A DNA stretch of 26,802 nt. Origin: an uncultured Janthinobacterium sp. (lineage in GTDB: Bacteria > Vulcanimicrobiota > Vulcanimicrobiia > Vulcanimicrobiales > Vulcanimicrobiaceae). Below the pieces are notes generated by a model, which did not search any database, was not told where the DNA came from, and saw only the letters and a list, made by a program, of their open reading frames with translations. Below, piece after piece: positions 9,981 through 18,019 of the stretch; the first letter of the stretch is position 1, and each line of letters begins with the position of its first letter. Location of the stretch: NCBI GenBank assembly GCA_964658025.1, contig CAZZXB010000009.1:14809-41610 (forward strand), in the 5' to 3' direction. The translations under genes were made by a program, and so were the position numbers.

Positions 9981-10529
9981 TCAGCCGATGAGCGCTTTCG
10001 CGATCATCGCCGACCGCTTCGTGCATCCCATCTTGATTCCGACGTTGCGCACGTGGCTCTGAACCGTCGCGTCGGAGATGCTCAACTGCCGTCCGATATC
10101 GGAGCTGTTCTTTCCGGCGACGACGAGTTCGAGGACGTCGAACTCCCGCTGCGAGAGGCCGTACTGCACGCACGTCGTCCGGATCGACTTGCGCGAACGA
10201 CGTCGTTCGACGAACACCGCATATCCGCCGAACTCGCCGCGAAGAGAGAACACCCGAACGACTTCTTCGGGCGACAGCGTGCCCGTGTAGGCCTCGTCCG
10301 CTCCGCCATTTCCCCGCTCGACGAGCGCGCGGACGATCGGCTCGATCTCGAGTTTCCAGCGCGATGCGACGGCGGCGTCGTTCGACGGGCTTCCGCCGCA
10401 GACGGCGGAGATCCGGAACGCGCGATCGACGACGAAGACGAGCGGTACGCCGCGCAGACGAGAGAGGTCGGAAAACGTGCCGCCGAATCGATCCGCCGAG
10501 CGGACCGGGGCTCCCAAAACAATACCCAT
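9981..10529 (-). CDS. LuxR/NarL-family HTH transcriptional regulator (182 aa)
   Basis: C-terminal LSQREFDVLELVVAGKNSSDIGRQLSISDATVQSHVRNVGIKMG; GAGGAG 9 nt before ATG 10529. This is the real part of the 710-aa track ORF. Confidence 0.9.
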   Translation of the reverse strand: MGIVLGAPVRSADRFGGTFSDLSRLRGVPLVFVVDRAFRISAVCGGSPSNDAAVASRWKLEIEPIVRALVERGNGGADEAYTGTLSPEEVVRVFSLRGEFGGYAVFVERRRSRKSIRTTCVQYGLSQREFDVLELVVAGKNSSDIGRQLSISDATVQSHVRNVGIKMGCTKRSAMIAKALIG

Positions 10530-10655
10530 TGCTAAAAACTCCTCGGAAAACGGCCGACGCACCGATCGAAAGCCCATCGATCGATCGAACGCGCCGAGCG
10601 CGTGTTCGCCTCCGTCGAGCCGACGTTCCCCATCGACCCCCTCGGGCGTGGGAGC

Positions 10656-10694
10656 ATCATAGCGCGGACGACTTACATCCGACACGTACATCCG
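10656..10694 (-). promoter_or_regulatory. candidate promoter of the LuxR gene: -10 TATGAT plus upstream direct repeat CGGATGTA x2
   Basis: ATCATA at 10656-10661; TACATCCG at 10674-10681 and 10687-10694 (plus-strand reading). Confidence 0.55.
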
Positions 10695-10699
10695 GCTAA

Positions 10700-12151
10700 C
10701 TACCGGTTTACGTGCACCAAAGGCAGGACGTCGCTCGGGGCGATCGGGTACAGGCCCAAAGCGAGCGTGGCGATCGCGCAGAGTCCGATCCCGACCCACG
10801 GGAGCAGGCTGACCGGGACCACGGCTTTGCGGAGCGGCTCGCCGACCGACCGCGCGTACATCGCGCGGACGATCTTGAAATAGGCGTAGACCGAGATCGC
10901 GGTGCCGACGATGAGGAGTACGGCGAGCCACGCGTAGCCGTTCTCCACGGCGGTCGCGAGGATCAGGATCTTCCCCGTGAACCCGGCGGTCGGCGGCAGA
11001 CCGGCGAGCGCCAAGAGAAAGAACGTCATCGCACCGGCGAGGAGCGGCTGGCGATACCCGAGCCCGGCGTACGACGCGAGATGCGTGCCCTCTTCGCGTT
11101 CGCGCGAGAGCAACGCGACGACGCTGAACGCGCCGAGATTCATGAACGCGTACGCACCGAGATAGAAGATCGCATAACGCAACCCGAGCGCGCTCGATCC
11201 GGCGAGCGCGACCACGATGTAGCCGACCTGCGCGATCCCGCTGTAGGCGAGGAGGCGTTTTATATCGGTCTGCGCGAGCGCCGCCACGTTTCCCGCGATC
11301 ATCGAGATGCCCGCGACGAGCCAGAGCGGGAAGAGCAACGCGTGCGCGTCGTTGTTCGGCAGGGCGACGTACGTGAAGCGCGCGAGCGCCGCGAGCGTCC
11401 CCGCCTTCGTCACGACGCTCATGAACGCGGTTACGGGGAGCGGCGCGCCCTCGTAGACGTCGGGCGTCCATGCGTGGAACGGCACGAGGCTGAGCTTGAA
11501 ACAGATCCCGACGAGAAAGAGCCCGCATCCCAAATCGTAGAGCGGAACCGACGCGGGCGGCGCGGCGAGCGCCGAGAGCGCGACGCTCCCCGTGGCGCCG
11601 AACAGCAACGCCATCCCGTAGAGCAAGAGCGCCGACGCCGTCGACGAGAGGATGAGATATTTGAGCGCCGACTCGCGCGCGCCCGGGCGATTGCCGATCC
11701 CGCACAGGCAGTAGAGCGCGAGCGAGAGCAGCTCGAGCCCGAGAAAGATCGTCATGAGATTCGCCGCGCCCGCCATGAGCATCGCGCCGCTCGCGCTCCA
11801 GAGCACGAGCGCGAGCGCGCCGCCGGACTGATCGTCGCGCCCGAGCGAGCCCGCGAGCAAGAGCGAGAAGATCGCGGCGACGACGACGATCTCCTCGAAG
11901 ACGATCGCGAAGCCGTCGGCGACGAACGCGCCGCCGAACGCCGAAAACGGATGGCCCCAGCCGCGCAGCGCGACGACGCCCGCGACCGCGAGCCCGACGA
12001 TCGCGATCGCGAGGGCGAGACCGCGGCGACGTTTTTTCGGCGCGATGAGATCGGCGAGGATGACGAAGAGGGCGGCGATCCCGGCGATCGTCGGCGGAGC
12101 GACCGCGCTCCAATCGGCGCCGCCGAAGGGGATCGCGAGCTCGGGCGTCAT
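10700..12151 (-). CDS. nuoN: NADH-quinone oxidoreductase subunit N
   Basis: FLGLELLSL, ESALKY, FKLSLVPFHAWTPDVYEGAP, KRLLAYSGIAQ and GLPPTAGFTGK; last gene of the nuo operon. Confidence 0.96.
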   Translation of the reverse strand: MTPELAIPFGGADWSAVAPPTIAGIAALFVILADLIAPKKRRRGLALAIAIVGLAVAGVVALRGWGHPFSAFGGAFVADGFAIVFEEIVVVAAIFSLLLAGSLGRDDQSGGALALVLWSASGAMLMAGAANLMTIFLGLELLSLALYCLCGIGNRPGARESALKYLILSSTASALLLYGMALLFGATGSVALSALAAPPASVPLYDLGCGLFLVGICFKLSLVPFHAWTPDVYEGAPLPVTAFMSVVTKAGTLAALARFTYVALPNNDAHALLFPLWLVAGISMIAGNVAALAQTDIKRLLAYSGIAQVGYIVVALAGSSALGLRYAIFYLGAYAFMNLGAFSVVALLSREREEGTHLASYAGLGYRQPLLAGAMTFFLLALAGLPPTAGFTGKILILATAVENGYAWLAVLLIVGTAISVYAYFKIVRAMYARSVGEPLRKAVVPVSLLPWVGIGLCAIATLALGLYPIAPSDVLPLVHVNR

Positions 12152-13572
12152 CGCGGCACGACCGCGACGGTCGCGAGCTTCGCGACGCTCGCCACGAGCG
12201 GACCCGGATCGACGCCGACGAGGACGATCGCGATCGCGAGCGGTGCGAGCGCGAGTATTTCGAGCGCGTTCATATCCTCACGTTCGGGCAAGTCGGCGAT
12301 CTCGGGTCCGTTCATCACGCCTTGGAGGACGCGGAGCATGTACGCCGCCGCGATCACGATCGGCACGAGCGCGACGAGCACCGCCCACCAATACCCCGCC
12401 GCGTAGAGCCCGGTGAGGATCAGGATCTCGCCCGCGAACCCGCAGAGCCCGGGGAGCCCGAGCGCGGCGAGCGCGACGATCGTGAGCGCGCCCGCGAGCT
12501 TGGGATTGCGCCCGCCGAGCCCGCCGAGACGCGCGAGCGAACGCGTATCCTCGCGCGCTTCCACCTGCCCCATCACGATGAATAACCCGGCGCTGAACAA
12601 TCCGTGCGCCACGATATACACGACGGCGCCGCCGAGCGCGTAGGCGTTTCCGCTGAAGATCGCGAGGACGATGAGCCCGAGATGCGAGAGCGACGAATAC
12701 GCGACGACGCGCTTCGCGTCGTCTTCCGTGAGCGCGGCGAGCGCGCCGTAGACGAGCGCGACGAGTCCGAGCGCGAACGCGAGCGGTCGCGCGTCGTGCA
12801 TCGCGCCCGGCAAGAACGGAAGGCCGACGACGAGCAGACCGTAGAGCCCCGCCTTCGATTGCACCGCGCTGACGACGGCGGCCATCGGCGCCGGTAATTC
12901 CGCGTAGGTCTCCGGCATCCACGTGTGGAGCGGCCAGAGCGGCGTCTTCACGAAGAACGCGAGCGCGAAACCGGCGAAGATCCAGCCGGCCCACCCGGGC
13001 GGCACGACGCCGGGGCTCGCCGCCGGATGCGCGCCGAGGACGTCCGTCGTTCCTTGGATCACGCCGAACGACGCCGTCGCGAGCAAGAGCGCGAGGCCGC
13101 CCGCGAGGTTGTAGACGAGGTAGCGCCACGCGGTCCCGCCGCCCGGCGTCCGCGAATACGCGATCAGCACGAGAAAGACCGGGATCAACATGAGATCCCA
13201 GAAGAGCGCGAACAGTAAGAGATCGCGCGCCACGAACACGCCCGTCATCGCGCCCTGCAGAAGCAGCATCTGCGCGACGAAATCGCGGACGCGCGGCACG
13301 CGCGTCACGACGAGCGCGCATCCGGTCGCGAGCGCGAGCAATAAGACGATCCAATAACTCACGCCGTCGAGCCCGACGTGAAAGTTCGCCGCGAAGGGAC
13401 GCGAGAGCCAGCGGACCGATTCGTCCGGCGCGTTCGCGCCGAGTAGCGCGACGACGAACGATCCGAATCCGACGACGACGCCGACGTTACGCGCCGCGTT
13501 CTCGGCGGAGCGCGGAAGGGCGTAGAGCCCGAGACCCACGAGGATCGGAACGAGGACGAGCGCGGCGATCAT
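12148..13572 (-). CDS. nuoM: NADH-quinone oxidoreductase subunit M
   Basis: Start MIAALVLVP with ATGA overlap to nuoL; GLDGVS, VKTPLWPLHTW, KRVVAYSSLSHLG, AHGL and LGLPGLCGFAGE. Confidence 0.95.
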   Translation of the reverse strand: MIAALVLVPILVGLGLYALPRSAENAARNVGVVVGFGSFVVALLGANAPDESVRWLSRPFAANFHVGLDGVSYWIVLLLALATGCALVVTRVPRVRDFVAQMLLLQGAMTGVFVARDLLLFALFWDLMLIPVFLVLIAYSRTPGGGTAWRYLVYNLAGGLALLLATASFGVIQGTTDVLGAHPAASPGVVPPGWAGWIFAGFALAFFVKTPLWPLHTWMPETYAELPAPMAAVVSAVQSKAGLYGLLVVGLPFLPGAMHDARPLAFALGLVALVYGALAALTEDDAKRVVAYSSLSHLGLIVLAIFSGNAYALGGAVVYIVAHGLFSAGLFIVMGQVEAREDTRSLARLGGLGGRNPKLAGALTIVALAALGLPGLCGFAGEILILTGLYAAGYWWAVLVALVPIVIAAAYMLRVLQGVMNGPEIADLPEREDMNALEILALAPLAIAIVLVGVDPGPLVASVAKLATVAVVPR

Positions 13573-15500
13573 CGGGCGGCTCCGACGGCGGCGAAGTAGA
13601 CGATGAAGCACGCCGCGCCGACGACGATCGAGAGCGCGTACGACCGCACGAGCCCGTTCTGCAGGAAGCGGACGAAGAGACCGAGCGTCCCCGCACCGAG
13701 TGCCACGTCCCGGACGCCCGCATCGATCACGTGCGGATCGACGACGCGACCGAAGAACGTGCCGAGCGCGCGCGCCGGTCGGACGATCGCGAGACCGAAC
13801 AATGCGTCGACGTAGAAAGCGTGCGCGAGGATCGCCGGACGACCGAGCGACTCCGCGCGAATCCGTGCGACGGCGCCGATCTGTGCCGCGGCCGAACCGT
13901 ACCGGACGAACGCGACGACGATCCCGATCGCGACGAGCGCGAGCACGAAGATCGTCGAGGCGTATTCGGGGATCGGCGGCGCGGTCGGAGACGCCTCGCC
14001 GACCGGAAAGAGCGGGGAGAGGAAGCGATACCAGGCGCTGTTCGAGCCGCCGATCGCGACGTAGCCGGCGACGATCGCGAAAACGGCGAGGATCGCGACG
14101 GGCGCGTTGGTCAGCCAATCGGGCGCGTGCGCGTGACCGATATCTTCGTCGCGATGGAGCGGCGCCTCGCCCGAGATCCCGAGATCGCCGTCGCGCTCGT
14201 CGCCGCGATACGGACCGAAAAACGTCAGGAAGATCATGCGGAACATGTAGTACGCGGTGAGCCCCGCCGTGAACGCGCCCGCCGCGAACAGGACGTAATG
14301 CCCGCGTTCGAGCGCGCCGAAGATGATCGCGTCCTTACTGAACGAGCCGCTGAGACCCGGAAAGCCGATGATCGCGAGCGTGCCGATCAGCATCGCCCAG
14401 AACGCGAACGGCATCCGTTCGCGCAGGCCGCCCATCTTGCGGACGTCCTGTTCGTCGTGCAACGCGTGGATGATGAGTCCGGAGCCCAGGAACAACTCGG
14501 CCTTGAAGAAGGCGTGCGTGAAGAAATGCAAGACGCCCGCCTGATACGCGCCGATGCCGACGCCCATGATCATGTAGCCGATCTGCGACATCGTCGAATA
14601 GGCGAGGATCCGTTTGATATCCCACTGCGCGACGCCGAGGATCGCCCCCGCGACCATCGTGAGCGCGCCGACGACGCCGACGAGTTCTTGCGCGGCGGGC
14701 GAGGCGTTCCAGAGCGGCGCGAAACGCGCGATGAGATAGACGCCCGCCGTCACCATCGTCGCCGCATGGATGAGCGCGGAGACGGGCGTCGGACCCTCCA
14801 TCGCGTCCGGCAACCACGTGTGGAGCGGCACCTGCGCCGACTTCGCGGCGCATCCGACGAAGAGCCCGAGACACGCGACGAAGATCGTCGACTGCGCGAG
14901 CGCGGGCGCCTTCGCGAAGATGTCGGCGAAGCCGATCGATCCCGTCGCCGCGAAGAGCACGAAGATCGCGAACATGATGCCGACGTCGCCGACCACGTTG
15001 ATGACGAACGCCTTACGCGCCGCGGCGACCGCCGAGGGTCGCGTGAACCAGAAACCGATCAGGAAGTACGACGCGACGCCGACGAGACCCCAACCGACGA
15101 GCAAGCCGACGAGATTGTCGGAGAGCACGAGCGTCAGCATCGCGAACACGAAAAAGTTCAGGTACGCGAAAAAGCGTGCGATCGCGCGATCGTTCCACAT
15201 GTACCCGATCGAATACACGTGGATGAGCCCGCCGACGCCCGTGATGACGAGCGCCCACAAGAGCGAGAGCGGATCGAGTTGCAGCCCGAACGCGAAGCCG
15301 GGCGCCCACGCGAGGAGCGGGACGCGGATCCCGCCGCCCGTCGTCGCGCCGCCGAACGCCGCGACGACGACGACGAACGCGAGCACGACGATCGCCGCGC
15401 CGAGGTAGGCGGCGTTGCGACGTAAGCGCGGACCGAACGCCCAACACGCGATCGCCCCGAATAGCGGCAGGAGCCAAGCCGCGACGACGAGCGCGTTCAT
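13569..15500 (-). CDS. nuoL: NADH-quinone oxidoreductase subunit L
   Basis: Start MNALVVAAW with ATGA overlap to nuoK; KSAQVPLHTWLPDAMEGPTPVSALIHAATMVTAG, DIKRILAYSTMSQIGY and FSKD; C-terminal lateral helix and QNGLVRSY. Confidence 0.96.
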   Translation of the reverse strand: MNALVVAAWLLPLFGAIACWAFGPRLRRNAAYLGAAIVVLAFVVVVAAFGGATTGGGIRVPLLAWAPGFAFGLQLDPLSLLWALVITGVGGLIHVYSIGYMWNDRAIARFFAYLNFFVFAMLTLVLSDNLVGLLVGWGLVGVASYFLIGFWFTRPSAVAAARKAFVINVVGDVGIMFAIFVLFAATGSIGFADIFAKAPALAQSTIFVACLGLFVGCAAKSAQVPLHTWLPDAMEGPTPVSALIHAATMVTAGVYLIARFAPLWNASPAAQELVGVVGALTMVAGAILGVAQWDIKRILAYSTMSQIGYMIMGVGIGAYQAGVLHFFTHAFFKAELFLGSGLIIHALHDEQDVRKMGGLRERMPFAFWAMLIGTLAIIGFPGLSGSFSKDAIIFGALERGHYVLFAAGAFTAGLTAYYMFRMIFLTFFGPYRGDERDGDLGISGEAPLHRDEDIGHAHAPDWLTNAPVAILAVFAIVAGYVAIGGSNSAWYRFLSPLFPVGEASPTAPPIPEYASTIFVLALVAIGIVVAFVRYGSAAAQIGAVARIRAESLGRPAILAHAFYVDALFGLAIVRPARALGTFFGRVVDPHVIDAGVRDVALGAGTLGLFVRFLQNGLVRSYALSIVVGAACFIVYFAAVGAAR

Positions 15501-15805
15501 CCGCGCAACCGCGAGACTTCGTCGATGTCGACGTTCTTCGCGCGCCGGAACACGGCGACGACGATCGCGAGACCGATCGCGGCTTCCGCCGCGGCGACCG
15601 TGACGACGAGAAACACGAAGATGTGCCCCGCGTTGTTCACCCACGCGCGGGAGAACGCGACGAGCGCGAGGTTCGCGGCGTTGAACATGAGCTCGATCGC
15701 CATGAGCACGACGAGCGGATTGCGCCGCAAGACGACTCCCGCGACGCCGATGAAGAACATGACCGCCGAGAGCGCGATGTAGTCGGACGTATCGACCGGC
15801 ATCAC
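15497..15805 (-). CDS. nuoK: NADH-quinone oxidoreductase subunit K
   Basis: RRNPLVVLMAIELMFNAANL and VAAAEAAIGLAI; start is GTG 15805 or ATG 15802. Confidence 0.96.
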   Translation of the reverse strand: MMPVDTSDYIALSAVMFFIGVAGVVLRRNPLVVLMAIELMFNAANLALVAFSRAWVNNAGHIFVFLVVTVAAAEAAIGLAIVVAVFRRAKNVDIDEVSRLRG

Positions 15806-16410
15806 TTGTGCGCCTTCACGATCGATTCGCGTTCGCGCGACGTGCGCTTGCGCGGAAGGTGTCGGCCGCGCGTCGCTTCGGGGACCGCGTCGCCCGCGAG
15901 CAAGACGACCCCGACCACGGCGACCATCAACACGAACGACGTCACCTCGAACGGCAGCAATTGCACCGTGAAGAGCGCCTTCCCGAAATCGCCGACGCTG
16001 CCGAAGACGTCGGCCGTCCCCGTCGGTCCGAGCGTCGACGTCGGAGCGATCGCGCGCGTGCCGATGTCGAGCGGGTGGTGGAGAAATCCGAAGACGAGAA
16101 AACCGAACGCGACGAGCGTCGTCAGCACGGCCGGAATGCCGACGTTCGGCAAGCGATTCGGTCCTTCGGAGAACGGCCCGATCCCGCTCGAGAGCAGCGC
16201 GATCACGAACACGAAGAGCATCAAGATCGCGCCGCTGTAGACGACGATCTGGATGATGCCGAGAAACTCGGCGTTGAGCGTGAAATACAGGATCGCGAGC
16301 GCCGCGAAATTTCCGAGCAAGCCGACGACGCTGTAGACCGGGCTCTTCTGCGTGATCGTGAAGATCGCGGTCGCGATGAGCGCGACCGCGAGGACGTAGA
16401 AGCCGATCAC
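15802..16410 (-). CDS. nuoJ: NADH-quinone oxidoreductase subunit J
   Basis: NAEFLGIIQIVVYSGAILMLFVFVI and LLPFEVTS; position in the operon. Confidence 0.95.
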   Translation of the reverse strand: MIGFYVLAVALIATAIFTITQKSPVYSVVGLLGNFAALAILYFTLNAEFLGIIQIVVYSGAILMLFVFVIALLSSGIGPFSEGPNRLPNVGIPAVLTTLVAFGFLVFGFLHHPLDIGTRAIAPTSTLGPTGTADVFGSVGDFGKALFTVQLLPFEVTSFVLMVAVVGVVLLAGDAVPEATRGRHLPRKRTSRERESIVKAHK

Positions 16411-17006
16411 TGCAGCGTGATCCCCTTACGCTCCGTCTTGAGCTTCGAGCCGTTATAGGTCGCGTCGTAGCCCGTCGCCACGTCGACCGTGCTCTTCGCT
16501 TCGATGACCGACCCGAGATCGGAGGGGATCCCTCCGGGACGCTCGTCGGGCGCGCGTCCCACGCCGCCCTCGGGCGGCACGAGCAGCCGGTCCTTACTGT
16601 AGACGAAGGAGCCGCGACGGTAATCCGCCATCTCGAAGCGCGGCGTCAGCACGATCGCGTCCGTCGGACACGCCTCCTCGCAGAGACCGCAGAAGATGCA
16701 CCGCAGCTCGTCGATCTCGTAACGCGCCGCGAAGCGCTCGCCCGGCGACTTCCGATCGTCGGGCGCGTTCTCCGCGCCGATGACCGTGATCGCGTTGGCG
16801 GGGCAGGCGATCGCGCAGAGCTCGCATCCGATGCACCGCTCCTTGCCGTCGGCGTATCGACGGAGTTCGTGCAGGCCGTGGAAGCGCGGCGCGTGTTGCT
16901 TGCGCACCGTCGGATATTCGATCGTCGGCTTCTTGCGGAACGCGTATTGCAGCGTCGTCGCGAAACCGCGCGCGAGCGCGATCACGCCGCTCGGAAAGGA
17001 TTCCAC
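16407..17006 (-). CDS. nuoI: NADH-quinone oxidoreductase subunit I
   Basis: GTG 17006 just after the nuoH stop; CIGCELCAIACP and CIFCGLCEEACP 2x[4Fe-4S] motifs; TIEYP. Confidence 0.95.
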   Translation of the reverse strand: MESFPSGVIALARGFATTLQYAFRKKPTIEYPTVRKQHAPRFHGLHELRRYADGKERCIGCELCAIACPANAITVIGAENAPDDRKSPGERFAARYEIDELRCIFCGLCEEACPTDAIVLTPRFEMADYRRGSFVYSKDRLLVPPEGGVGRAPDERPGGIPSDLGSVIEAKSTVDVATGYDATYNGSKLKTERKGITLQ

Positions 17007-17008
17007 GA

Positions 17009-18019
17009 TTACCCCGCGATGGCGACGACGGCGGCCGTCACCATGAGATTGAGCGTCGCCGCCGGCAAGAGAAACTTCCAGCCGAAATTCATCAACCGGT
17101 CGTAGCGCAGGCGCGGGAGCGTCGTCCGAAGCCAGATATACATAAAGATGAAGAGTCCGGCCTTCAAGACGAACCAGACGATCCCCGGAACGAACGTGAG
17201 ACCGAGCGGGGCGCCCCAACCGCCGAGGAAGAGCAGCGTCGCGACGCACGCGACCGTGATCATGTTGAGATATTCGGCGATGAAGAACAACCCGAAGCGC
17301 AGACCCGAGTATTCGGTATGGAATCCGCCGACGAGTTCGGTCTCCGCTTCCACGAGATCGAACGGCGCCCGATTCGTCTCCGCGACCGCCGTGATGATGT
17401 AGATGACGAAGCCGAAGATCTGCGGCACGATGAACCAGACGCGATGCTGCGCGTGGACGATCCCCGCGAGCGACGTCGTCCCCGCGAGGATGAGCACCCC
17501 GATCACCGACATCGTCATCGCGAGTTCGTAGCTGATCATCTGCGCGGTCGAGCGGACGCTTCCGAGTAACGGAAATTTCGAGCCCGACGACCAGCCCGCA
17601 AGCGAGATGCCGTAGACGCCGATCGACGTGAGCGCGAAGATCGCGAGGATCCCCGCATCGACGTTCCCGACGCTCCACACGCCCGCGCTCGATTCGCTGA
17701 ACGGGATGATCGCGAACGCGCCCATCGCGGTCGCGAGCGAGATGAACGGCGCGAGCCGATAGATGAGCGGATCGGCCGTGTTCGGCGTGAGGTCTTCCTT
17801 GAGGAGCATCTTCGCCGCGTCCGCGGCGGGCTGCATCATGCCCCACACGCCCGTCCGATTCGGACCGGGCCGCAGTTGCATCCACGCCATGATCTTGCGT
17901 TCGAAGAGCATCGAGTACGCGAACGTCGTGAGCACGATGAAGAGGATCACGAGCGCCTTCACGAGCGCGACGAGCCACCACGGCGCGACGTCGACGACGT
18001 GGAGAACCTGCTGGATCAC
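17009..18019 (-). CDS. nuoH: NADH-quinone oxidoreductase subunit H
   Basis: ERKIMAWMQLRPGPNR, AQMISYEL, AETNRAPFDLVEAETELVGGFHTEYSG and PRLRYDRLM. Confidence 0.97.
   Translation of the reverse strand: MIQQVLHVVDVAPWWLVALVKALVILFIVLTTFAYSMLFERKIMAWMQLRPGPNRTGVWGMMQPAADAAKMLLKEDLTPNTADPLIYRLAPFISLATAMGAFAIIPFSESSAGVWSVGNVDAGILAIFALTSIGVYGISLAGWSSGSKFPLLGSVRSTAQMISYELAMTMSVIGVLILAGTTSLAGIVHAQHRVWFIVPQIFGFVIYIITAVAETNRAPFDLVEAETELVGGFHTEYSGLRFGLFFIAEYLNMITVACVATLLFLGGWGAPLGLTFVPGIVWFVLKAGLFIFMYIWLRTTLPRLRYDRLMNFGWKFLLPAATLNLMVTAAVVAIAG

Noticed and set aside
9981..12113. 710-aa ORF with a C-terminal LuxR HTH
   Set aside because: The N-terminal ~530 aa is an Arg-rich off-frame read of nuoN plus intergenic DNA; a strong SD supports the start at 10529.
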